Source: Narcine bancroftii
Lineage: Eukaryota
DNA length: 64,000 nucleotides
NCBI RefSeq assembly: GCF_036971445.1
Contig: NC_091469.1
Span: 327,422,001-327,486,000, forward strand
Direction: 5' to 3'
The number at the start of each line of letters is the position of its first letter. The first letter of the stretch is position 1. A program made the translations under genes and the position numbers. The notes beneath the pieces were generated by a model that saw only the letters and a program-made list of their open reading frames with translations, had not been told where the DNA came from and ran no database searches. Shown in pieces: positions 1 to 11,099 of the stretch.

Positions 1-633
1 ATGGTCTCAAAGCAGCCTTGCAGCACTGGTGATCTTCATCCTCTTAAAGTCCACAATCATCTCCTTTGTCTTGACCAGACTGAGACTCAAGTTGTGTTCT
101 CATGCCATTTTACAAGCTTTTCAACCTCTTCTCTGTAAAGTGACTCATCATTCTTGCTGAGGCCACTACTGTTGTATCACCCATGAATTTGATGATTCTG
201 CTAGAACTGAATTGCGTATTAGCAGTATGAAAAGTAGCAGGCTGAGCAAACCACCCTGAGGTATACCAGTAATGGGGCTTGAGTTTTTGCTGGCAACCAT
301 GTGGTCTTCCCATCAAGAAGTCCAGAATCCAGTTGCAGATGGTGGTGTTGAATCCCAGTGAGGACAGTTTATCCACCAGCCTCTGAGGTATGATCGTGTT
401 GAAAGGCAAGCTGAAGCGTCAATGAACAACAGTCTGATCTATGAGGCACCATTCTCCAGATGGGTGAAGGCACAGTGGAGAGTCAAGGGTATTTTGTCAT
501 CAACGGACCAGTTTGGACAGTAGGCAAACTGGAATGGGCCCAAGGTCACTGGAAGGTGCGCTTTGATGCTTTCCATCACCAGCCACCCGAATCACTTCAT
601 GACGGCAGACGTCAGTGCCACTGAGCGATAGTC
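1..633 (-). mobile_element. Rex1/Babar-like non-LTR retrotransposon RT fragment (decayed)
   Basis: Minus-strand peptides [19 protein letters not shown] and [11 protein letters not shown] match Rex1-type RT ([15 protein letters not shown]). Frameshifted. Confidence 0.75.
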
Positions 634-1004
634 ATTTCATCACTACATCAGGATTTGGGGTGTTTGCTGATAGATTTTTTTTTAACTGAGAAATCAGCCA
701 AAATTGTTTGAGTGATGTTATGCTTCTTTCAACTTGCATTTGATTGATCCAACTACTAAAAAAAAGCAGTGACAGAATTCTGAGAAGATTCAAAGAGAAG
801 TCGCAAGAAAACCCTCGCCAGTGATCATCAAAGGGCAACAGAACTGTCAACCTGAATTGGAATGAACATTGCGACAAGGTTTTTAATAAATTCTCTTTGC
901 AGAGGACAGTGAAAAATGCAGGCTGATGGTAAAGCAAATGAGAAGTCCCAAAGTGATTAAGTGAACTGAACTAGAGGTGAGTGACAAAGAAATTCTATTT
1001 AGAG

Positions 1005-1240
1005 CAGCCATTCTCAACAGGGATCATATCCCGCTCTCCCTCACTCCTCCAGGGCCAAAGCACATTTAAGGGGGAGCATGGACTGAAATCTTAATTTTTT
1101 TTTTAATGTGCTTTATGTTGTCAGAGGAGAGAAGTATAGAAGAAACCAACTAAACTTGACTGCTTCACAGGGAAGGAAGCCCTTAAATGTTGAGCTAAGT
1201 CCTAAGGGACCCATAGCCAAAATCAGATTGAGAATGGCTG
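1005..1240. mobile_element. hAT-like MITE
   Basis: TIRs cagccattctcaac (1005-1018) and attgagaatggctg (1227-1240). The 8-bp flanks atttagag / gttgagag resemble a decayed hAT target site. Confidence 0.65.
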
Positions 1241-1494
1241 GTTGAGAGACACATATCTTAGATGCAATGAACTATCAATAGGACCAAAAATAAGGGATTA
1301 CATGATGATATCGCAGAAGAGACTACTTCAAACATGAACAGGCATTCTCATTCTGGTATATAGATGCCAATCAAGTTTTAGTACTTCAGACAAGTTCTCA
1401 ATGTGCCAGAAAAAGGAGAAAGTGAGCACCAAGAATCTCAGATGAACTCTAATTCTGTTTCCACTTGGTGTTCTGACCCATTGGTCACAGCTGT

Positions 1495-1685
1495 GCCTTG
1501 GTATCAGGCACCTATGGGGGGTTGGTAGATGCCGGATAAGTGAACTTGTCGGTTGCTTGAGATTGCATTTTGCGTGGATTTTAAACTTTCTTTTTTTTTA
1601 ACCTATTTATTTTACACAATTTTTTTTTGCCCAATGCTTGTGGATGCCAGTGGCTTGAATTCTGGATAATGGAGATTTTACTGTA
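1495..1685. mobile_element. Tc1/mariner (Tigger-like) MITE remnant
   Basis: Ends ttctggataatggagattttactg followed by TA, with internal ccggataa-type motifs. The other terminus is not seen. Confidence 0.35.
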
Positions 1686-2339
1686 TTTCATTACAATCTT
1701 TGGGCACAAATTGGCTGCTATTTTCTTGACATTGCTGCTTTGACTGTCATAAATAGGCTGGAAGACACTGAGCAGACTATGAATTACAATAGAAGTGAAA
1801 ATCGTTTGTTCAGTGGATCTTCTCTAAAACATTCATCTGATGTGTGTGTTTTATATAAGTTAGCAAAGGCTGAAACTTCTAGCCAGTCAAAAGTGAAATA
1901 TACAGTCAATAAAGCTCAAGACGGACAGATGTTTTTTTTCACCAATTGGCATATTTCAGTTATGTGAATAAAATACAAAATATTATGAATGTCAACAATA
2001 TGAGAGCAGCCTCAATTTTTTTTCCCAGAGAGTTTGCAATAAACAGCCCAGCCAATTATTCAGTTTACTCTGAACACAAAAGTTAAGTTGTCTGGACGTT
2101 ACTGATAAAAACCAGAAAACTGAAAATAAAAACAGAAGATGCTGGAAATACACATGTATTAACATATCTGAAGAAAAAAATATTTACACAAGTTTTGGAT
2201 GACAGGTTTTGTTGGAATCAGATATTAAAAGATAAAATGGAACCAAGCATAAAAAAGAATTTAAGGAAGAGAATCAGACATCAGCTATTCAGCTCTTTAA
2301 ACTGGTCCTTCAATTCTACTGAATCATAGCTGATCTTAT

Positions 2340-3160
2340 TTTCTTTCTTTCAATCTTTTTATTGAATTTTTTAGAACAAGAACTCATTGTATAGAGAACA
2401 CAAGGTTACCAAATATGAAGAATCTAAGTACATTTCCAAAATTAAAACAATAGCGATTTACCCCTTCCCCATACACTGTTGTGAGAATGACCAAAAAAAA
2501 AACAAAAAGAACTCTAACCCCCTTAGGAAAAACCTGGGATACTTTGACATTAAATTAATCGTAGTATGGTTCTGCTGAATCTATAAAACATTACTAAATG
2601 AAGGAAAAAACATGTACATAAATAAATACACTCAATGATCAACAGAAAAAGATTTAATGAGCAAGAAAATACTCCATAAAATGACTCCAAATTTTATGAA
2701 AATTAGTGTTAGCACACAATGCAGAACACCTGATCTTTTCTAAATTAAGGCAAGACTTGACATGCCATAACCACTGAGTGCTAGTGGGTGGAACAGGATC
2801 TTTCCATCTAAGTAGGGTAGCTCTTACAATGTGCCATAAGCGTTGTAAATAGTATGACATGACAATCAGATGAAGAAAATAGCTCGTTAATATCATCCAA
2901 CATTCCAAACAAAGCCATTAAAGTTTCAAGATTAACACGTAATATTATTGACAAAACACGAAAAATCTCCCACCAAAAAGGTTCAAGAGTTGGACAAGAC
3001 CAGAACATATGTATCAAGGTTGCTTCCCCATCGTTACATCTGCCACAATGAGGATTTAGATCAGGATAATTTGTCTTTAGTCATGCAAGTCCGAAGTACA
3101 ACCTTGAACTGAATAAGAGAATGTTGAGGTCAGCATTATTTTCTATCTTGTCCCCATCTC
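2340..3160 (-). mobile_element. L1-clade LINE 3' end (ORF2 C-terminus and 3' UTR)
   Basis: Peptides HMFWSCPTLEPFW and LLRWKDPVPPTSTQW...LNLEKI...FHKIW are typical of the fish-type L1 ORF2 C-terminus. T-rich tail with ttttatt near 2355. Confidence 0.8.
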
Positions 3161-3829
3161 CCTTCATTGCTTTCATGGAACAAAGATGTTGACTGAGAAG
3201 TCTAGAAATATGATCATTGTCTAAGAATAAACAATTGACCAGTTAGAATTAAGACGAGGAGAAATCTCTTCAAAAGAGAATGATTAATTTTTGAAGACAC
3301 AAGAGCTGCAGATGGCGGAACCTTGAGCAAACAAAGAGAAGCTGGATGGATCAACATCCATGGAAAGAAAAGCGCATTCAACATTTCAGGTTGAGGCCCT
3401 TTTGAGAGACATTTCTTTGAAAATGTCCAGCCAAAGCAGCTGTGGAGGCTCAGTCAATGACAAATCTCTGCTCTGAATGAATTCAAGTGACGGTGCTTCC
3501 TTTTAAAATGAACATACCCAGTTTTGGACATGAAACTAACAAGATCACAAACTGATGTCAAATCCACATGGATGTTGGTCATGTATTGTTAAGAGAGCAG
3601 AATGATGTGTGAAACACCCAGTTGCTCCAAACATTTGAAGCTCTCCTTTAACACCTGTGAATTTGCAACATATCAAATATCATCTTAACAAAATATAAAT
3701 TATTTTTTTATCAAAGTAAAGGCAAAGCAAAAAAAAATACATCAGGGTATACTAGGATGGAGAATATTTCTATTTATTCAACAATGAGAGTTTGTCCAAG
3801 GAACTGCAAAATTAATGACTGACCTGTGC

Positions 3830-6800
3830 CTACAGTCTTTTTACAGACTACCCTCACTTTCTCAATACCACAGTTCCATACTTCACTCGTCATGATCTGC
3901 CACGGACCTCTCCTACACTTCATCCACCGCTGGATCCACGCATTCAAATGCTGATTCTATGTACACTTGGCATCCATCAAGGATCGGAAGTTTGCGTCGC
4001 TGGAGACTGCCACCTCAGGAGCACTCCCACCTGGGTCTCCACTCTGGCCCTGACGGTTTACAGGTCCGAGCTCTTGACATGGGTCTCTACCTTGGCCCAG
4101 TGACCAACAGGACTGTGCCTCTGATATGAACTTTCACCCTGAACCCACCGGCCAACAGGACTGGGCTTCACATGTGGTTCTCTGTTTAGGTCCTAGCAAA
4201 CTGCAGGATCGAGACTCCATCATGAACTTTCATTCTGAACTTGGCGACCGACAGAACTGAGCTTCAGACACTGGTTTCTATCTTGGCCCCTGCGACCAAC
4301 AGGACCGAGCCTCCATCGCGAACTCCCACCCTGGCTCTGGGAGTGCACAGCCCCCCCCCCCCACCTCTCTCTCTCCAATCCTCCACATCCACCCTTGGAC
4401 CATCCTATCCTCCACCTTCTGATCCATTCAATCCTCCTCCCCTCCCTGACACCCTCCAACCTGGTCTTCACCATCACTTCCAACCATCCCCTCTCAGAAA
4501 CTGAACCCAGTGGCCTCAGGAGAGGCCTCACCTTTGTCCCCCTTCGCCTACACCTTAACGAGTTCTGTGCACCCCATGATGTTGATCTCTTCTTTCATCG
4601 GTTCTATCTCCATGCTTACTTCCACAACCATGATTCTCCACCACCCACTACAGATCCCTTCCCCACTTTAAATGTCTTCCTCCTCCTGGACACCTTGTTC
4701 CAGTCTTCTGCTTGGTCTGAACTTTTATAATTCGAACTGCCATCGTGACATCCACTGTATCGACTTCACTATTCCCCTCATTCATTCCAATCTCACCCCC
4801 TCGGAACGCCTGCCCCTCCCACTGTCTCTGCACAAATCTGAACCTCACCATCAAACCTGCAGACAAGGGTAGTACTGTTGTGGTCTGGTGCACTGACCTC
4901 TATCTGGCAAAGCCAGACAACAACTCTCAGACACCTCCTCTAACTTACCCCTCCAACAGGACGCCACCAAAACTCATCATACCACTGTATCACACACCAT
5001 CTGTGAACTCATCACTTCTAGTCACCTCACTGGCACACCCTCCAACCTAATTGTTTCCCTACCCCATACTGCCCGTTTTTACCTCCTACCTAAGATCCAC
5101 AAACCCAAATGTCCCGGAAGACCCATTGTGTCCAGGTGCTCCTGCCCCATCAAATTGGTCTCTGCCTACCTTGATTTTGTTTGTTTCCCCTCCTCCCCCC
5201 CGCCACCACCAGTCCAGTCTCTCCCCACCTACATCTGGGACACTTCACATGCCCTACATCATGTCAACAACTTTTAGTCCCCTGAACTCGATCGCCTCAT
5301 GTTTACTATGAACATCCAATCCCTATACACCTCCATTTCCCATAGTGAAGGCCTCAAAGTCCTTTCTTTCTGGACAATAGAACCAACCAGTCCCCATCCA
5401 CAACCACCCTCCCTCAGCTGGCAGAACTTGCCCTCACCTTCAATAATTTCCCTTCGACTCATCACACTTTCACCAGGTTAAAGGGGTTAGCCATGGGTAC
5501 CCAGTTGGGCCCCAGCTATGCATGCCTTTTTGTTGGCTATGTGGAGCAATTCATGCTACAAGCCTCGACAGGCAAGGCCCCTCAATTCTTCCTCCATTAC
5601 ATCGATGACTATTTTGGTGCTGCCTCATGTACCAATGATAAGCACATGGACTTCATCCACTTTGCTGCCAACTTCCACACTGGCCTCAAATGCACTTGGT
5701 CCATCTCTAGCAGCACTCTCCTTTTCCTCGATCTCTCTGCCTCTATCCCAGGAGACAAACTCTCGACAGACATCTTCTATAAACCCACCAACTCCCAGAG
5801 CTACCTCAAATACACCTCTTCCCATCCTGTCTCCTGTAAGGATTCCATTCCATTCTGTCATTTTCTCCGTCTCCATTGCATCTGCACCCAGGATGAGGAC
5901 TTCCATGCCAATCATTAAAGATTTCCTCCTTCTTCAAACTACATGGCTTTTCGTCTATCACCATTAACTCAGCACTCACCCGCATATCATCCTTTACCCG
6001 CACATCTGTCCTGTCTCTCCGCCCCCACACCCAACGTGGACAGGATTCCTTGTCCTCACCTACCACCCGACCAACCTCCACATCCAACACATCCTCCCCC
6101 GCCATTTCCACCACCTACTACTTGATCCCACCACTAGACACATATTCCCCCTCCTCCCCTCTTTGTCTTATGTAGGGACCGTTCCCTCTGTGACTCCCTT
6201 ATCTACTCCTGCTTTCCCACCAATCATCCCCTTGGAACCTACCCCTGTGACCGCAGAAGATGCTCCACTTGCGCTCACACCACTTCCCTCAGCCCCATTC
6301 GAGACCGCAAACAGTCCTTCCAAGTGAAACAACATTTCACTTGTGAATCTGCAGGGGTCATCTATTGCATCCAGGGCCTCCTCTGTGGTCTCCTCTACAT
6401 CAGAGAGACTGGATCGCTTTGTTGAGCACCTCATCTCTGTCCGCTACAATAGCGTGACCTCCAGGTAGCCACCCATTTCAATTCTCCAACCCATTCCCTT
6501 GCTGACATGTCTGTCCATGGTCTCATGCACTGCCAGACTGAGACCACCCGTAAATCAGAGGAACAACACCTGATCTTCTGACTGGGCACCCTCCAATCAG
6601 ATGGCACTAATATCGACTTCTCTGGCTTTCATTAAATGTCTCACCCCTCACCCCCTTCCTTCCCTCATCGTTTCTCCATTGCCCATCTCCTTTCACACAG
6701 ATATGATAAGTTCTACCTAGTCACATCCAATTAACACCTTTTGTTGGTCTGAACTCCTCCCCCATTGTTTGAATTCTGAGACTTTCTGATATATCCTGCT

Positions 6801-6935
6801 TATGCCTTTTCCAATTTTTCCTTAAAGAAGGCCTCAGGCCTGAAATGTTGACAATATATCTATGCTTGCTACAGATGCTGAATAAACAAGCATTTTGGTG
6901 TGTTTACTACAGTCACAGTATATGCAGACTATAGC
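3830..6935 (+). mobile_element. Penelope-like element (RT + GIY-YIG endonuclease + 3' pLTR), decayed
   Basis: IKPADKGSTVVVW (~4850), MGTQLGPSYACLFVGYVEQ, YIDD and KPTNSQSYLKYTSSHP (5493-5918). FTCES..VIYCI GIY-YIG region at ~6335-6420. Terminal repeat with hammerhead-like motif at ~6820. Confidence 0.9.
4030..4340 (+). repeat. Degenerate ~48-bp tandem repeat (96-bp higher-order period) inside the Penelope element
   Basis: ccaacaggact-like motif recurs at ~4060, 4105, 4153, 4203, 4250 and 4298. atgaactttcaccctgaa-like motif at 4126, 4222 and 4318. Confidence 0.7.
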
Positions 6936-7439
6936 ATTTCTCTCAGTCTTTTCCCTTACTCAAGCTGAATGTACCAAATGATATTGACATCAATGCAGGC
7001 TTGACTCATGACAGAAAAAGGCACTTCAAGCACAGATGAAGTTCATCAGAAACTTCCCACCCTCCAACGAAGACAAAGGTTAACAAATATCACGCATTCA
7101 CTCAGCAAAGCATTTCCCAATCCTGGTAAACACTCCAATCCACTCCTTTTTCAAGTATCCGTTCAGCCACTAACTGAGTCAAATTTGAAAGCGTTAGCTA
7201 AAAATGACCCTCCCATTTAGAGTTCATCAGCTGCTTTATGGTCGAGGATCGAATGACCAACATCCGGACAAATCTGGATTAAGTAATGAGCCTAAAACCG
7301 CCTAACCCTTCCTGTATTTGGGTGCTCCTGTGAAACATGGCCCTGATCGCATTCGCACTCAACACTTGTGATTCAGACAGGCTCGGGATGGGTTCCCAGG
7401 CTCTAGTGTAAAGTCCATTGAAAATGTCATCAGAAACTG

Positions 7440-7590
7440 TCCTTCTGTGCTGTCTGGGTTTTTCACAGGGTCTCCAGTTTCCTCCCACCGTTCAAAACGT
7501 ACCAGGAGTGTAGGTTAATTGGGTGTAAATTGGGCGGCATCGACTCATGGGTCAAATGGCCTGTTACCGTGCTATATGTCTAATTTTATT
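7440..7590 (+). mobile_element. V-SINE/HE1-like SINE, partial
   Basis: gggtttt...ctccagtttcctcccac V-domain-like core followed by gtaggttaattgggtgtaa...ggcctgttaccgtgctatatgtctaa tail. Confidence 0.75.
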
Positions 7591-8164
7591 TTTTTTAAAA
7601 AAATTTTTTTAAAAATCCTTCACTTTGAGCAATGCCGTTTTAAAACAAATGTCATGCAAAGGAAAAGCAGATTGAAATAATGGGAGCACGAAAAGGTTAA
7701 TTGTTGGTAAACCAATTATATGCTTTTTTTCCCTCTGGCTATATCAGAAATTCTAGTATTCCATACCATTCTTAATCATAAATATTAATGAAGGCAAGCA
7801 TTCCTTTAAGAATGTATTCTTTCTAAAATAAAATACAAGCTTTATTTAGACACTTTTACATTCATCCCATTAGGCCAAAAGAGTGTTGGTAAAACTTACA
7901 CCTTAGGTACATGTATGAACACATTATCCTTGCTTTTGACTATGGCCAAATTGCTGACAAAATGTGCAATCATAATGCATTTAATAATTTCTCAGGTACA
8001 CACAGCTGCATCCTACGAGAATTACATTGAGGCTCTGTCGTTGTTACATCACTAAACACAACAGTCATTTTAAACACAGAATATTCTGGAAAAACATTGA
8101 AATGAATCAAACTGCAAGCAGTTTACCATGATGTTGTTTGAAGGCAAAAGACAAGGAAAGAATG

Positions 8165-8480
8165 AAACACAAACATCTATAGGTGCTGAGATTGTCGTAA
8201 AAACACACAGAAATGCTGGAGGAACTTAGTCAGTCTTGCAGTGCCCATAGGAGATAAAGATATACCAACGTTTCAGGCCTGAGCCCTTCTTCAACGTATA
8301 AGCAAAAGCAGGCAAGCATCTTAAAGAGAGAGAGAGGGAAGAATGGGATGGGGAGGAGTCCGAACCCACACCCAAAAGGTGTTAATTGGATTTGACAGGA
8401 GGTGAGAATAAATTTTGGCTCTGTGGCAGGAGACAGAGGGAAAAGGGGAGTGAGAAAGAGAACAAATTATCAGAGACCAT
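8165..8480 (-). mobile_element. Solo Penelope-type terminal repeat (pLTR) fragment
   Basis: Reverse complement is similar to 6640-6930 and 56881-56978 (gaagaagggctcaggcc.gaaacgtt...ccagcatttctgtgtgtttt). Confidence 0.7.
8261..8300 (-). ncRNA. Minimal type I hammerhead-ribozyme-like motif
   Basis: Minus strand reads TATAC-G-TTGAAGA-A-GGGC-TCAG-GCCT-GAAA-CG-TT-G-GTATA: helix I TATAC/GTATA, helix II GGGC/GCCT, GAAA box, palindromic AACGTT helix III. Core has U in place of C3. Confidence 0.5.
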
Positions 8481-8599
8481 GAAATGTGGGGGGGGGGGGG
8501 GGGGGGGTGAAAAATTAGTTGTTTTGCAACAGCATCAAAGTGCAAACATTTATATAAACAACCTTACAAAATAAAGAAAAATATAGTGCAAGAAAAAAA

Positions 8600-9420
8600 T
8601 CAAACTAAATCATTGCCTGTGGTTCATCGTTCATTCAGGAATCTGATGGCAGCAGGGAAGAAGCTGTCCTTGTGTCTCTGAATGCTTGTCTTCAGGCTCC
8701 TGCACCTTTTTCACAATGGTAGCAGAGCCTGGGTGGTGGGGGTCTTTGAGGATAGAGGCTGCTTTCTTAAGACATCCCCTCTTGTAGATGTCCCCGCTGG
8801 AGTGAAGTCTGATGCCCATGATGTCGCAGGCCAAGTTAACAACCCTATGGAATTTTTTCTTGCCCTGAATGTTGGCACCTCCATTCCAGACAATAATGTA
8901 ACCAGCCAGAATGCTTTCCACTGTATACCTGTAGACGTTTTGTGATTTTGGTGTCATCTCAAATCTTCTCAAACTCCTCACAAGGTACAGCTGCTGGCAA
9001 GCCTTCATTGTGATTACATCGACATGGAGGCTCCAGGACAGATCTTCAGAAATGTTGACACCCAGGAATTGACCCTCTCCACTACTGAGCCCTCAATGAG
9101 GACTGGTTCATGTTCTCCTGACTCCCTCCTCAAGTCCACATTCATGTCCTTGGTTTTGCTAATGTTGAGTGCAAGGTTGTTGGTGTGACACCACTCAACT
9201 ATCTCACTCCTATACCATTCCTCACCACTATTTGTGATTCTGCTGACAACCATGGTGTCATTGGCAAATTTGTAGATAGCATTGGAATTGTACCTCACCA
9301 CACAGTAATGGGTATAGAGTGGGTAGAGCACACATCCTTGAGGTGCACCTGTGTTGATCATCAGTGATGAGGAACCTATTTTCCCAATGCGCACTGACTG
9401 TGGTCTTCCGATGAGAAAGT
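8600..9420 (-). mobile_element. Rex1/Babar-like LINE RT 3' fragment
   Basis: NTGAPQGCVL, YKFANDTMVV, WCHTNNLALNISKTK, ESILAGYIIVW and ILKDPHHP motifs. Confidence 0.85.
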
Positions 9421-9866
9421 CACTCACAACCTGTCTTCCAAATGGGGTTTTTCCACAAGCTTGCCAGTTTGTCCTGTTCCAGTCCCAGCTGCTGCTGCTG
9501 AACTGTAGAACTGATCTCTCTCTCCCTCAGAGAAATCCACATGGCCCTCATAGAACAGCACTCTGCACTCAGACAGACTGCAGCACCGGACCTAATCTTC
9601 TGAGTTCATTCATTTGTTGTTTTCCAAAACAATAATCCATTACTCCATATTATGTCCCATTAACAACTACTGGTGAAGTCTTTATAGGCATTCTTCAAAG
9701 TTTTTTTCAAAAGGCACTCGGAGCCTGGACTGCGAGGCTTGAGCAGAGCTCCAGCATTTTAAATGAGATCTGTTTTGAAGTGTTTGTATGTGACTACACT
9801 TAAAAACCTGTCACAATTTATCTGCTTTAAAACATATCTATATAAAATATTACATAATCTGTCACA
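9421..9866 (-). mobile_element. Partial copy of the ~1-kb LTR family (see 15140-16157)
   Basis: Reverse complement matches the first half of 15140-16157. Ends at atctgtcaca (the LTR TG start). Confidence 0.8.
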
Positions 9867-9899
9867 ATATTACTGAGATTTTGGACCACATCTATGAGG

Positions 9900-10165
9900 C
9901 CAATGGGTCATAGCCTTCTTTCAGGGTAGGGGAGACTCAAATTAGGAGGCAAAGATCATAGGTTTAAGGTGAGAGAGGAAAGTTTAAAAGGATCTTTAAA
10001 ATAACTTCTTCACAGTGAGTCTACAAAATGACACCAGAGGAAGCTGGATGTGTCTGGATAGAAAAGGTTGAGAGGGTTATGAACCAAACAGAGGCAAATG
10101 GAACAAGCTTAGGGAGACAATCTGATCAGCACAGAATGTGTTGTAATGTTCCATGTTCCGTGCTA
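9900..10165 (+). mobile_element. CR1-like LINE 3' end fragment
   Basis: ggtttaaggtgagagaggaaagttt...aacttcttcaca...gagggttatg motifs typical of CR1 3' ends. Confidence 0.55.
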
Positions 10166-11099
10166 TTTCCCTTCACCCGGCCCTGGATTTCTGTCTGAGC
10201 AACCCCTTGATCGTTTGTTTAATACATATGGACAAACATTCAGCATCCACAAAGCATAAACACTAATCAATCTTATTTTGGAATTTTCTTGAAGGGAGGT
10301 GTGGAATAAAGTACATTAGTATCGATATTTGATATTCCTTATGTTGTAAAGTACAGTATATTAAATAAAATATTGCTTTCAGGACCTGGAATTATTGATT
10401 ATTAATTATTTGAACAGTGCTTCAATTTAAAAAAAAATTAAATGTACAAAAATTTGGACAAAGATTGGAAGCAGCCTTTTATAATGAGACACCCTTTTTA
10501 ACAATCAATTAACTGTTCATGCACCATCAGAACAATTAAAGTACATTTCCAACAATCACAAGCAAAACACTGACATTAAAATATTCAATGTTGACTAATC
10601 CACTGCTATTAATATTTTTCAGGAATTTTTGGAAGTGACAACATAAACATTTACAGCACAAAATCTCTATAAATGGCAAGTTCAAAAGAGTGCAATTTAT
10701 CAAATTTGAACTGTTTGTAGAGTCCAATGCATCTACAACAATCCATTATTGTTAACTATGTGTAGTGTAGAAATTAATTCTGAAGTACCAATCACAGCAA
10801 TGTTTTAGGGTTATACAGATGGAAACCAGGAATGAAATTTCCAATGAAATATAGGGTGCGGGAGATGATATCGCGTGGAGAGAGAAACATTTGTTGTTTA
10901 CAGTGGTACGTCAAGGTATCCCAGTTAAATCTTCCTCTAAATTAATTTAGTGTCCCTCTTCAGCATGTAAGTTTCATAATTCAGCATTAATGATTGCATT
11001 ATGCAAACTGAATTCCAGTTTTTTTCTTATCACTGCAACAAACTGAACAAAAAAGATTCTGCCCTTCATTCTAAATCATTTCTACAGTGTTTATATATC

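Noticed and set aside
632-937. 101-aa minus-strand ORF as a host exon
   Set aside because: No recognisable domain, a non-ATG start and no convincing splice sites.
4030-4340. CRISPR-like periodic array
   Set aside because: The units are degenerate tandem copies with no unique spacers, inside a eukaryotic retroelement, and there are no cas genes.
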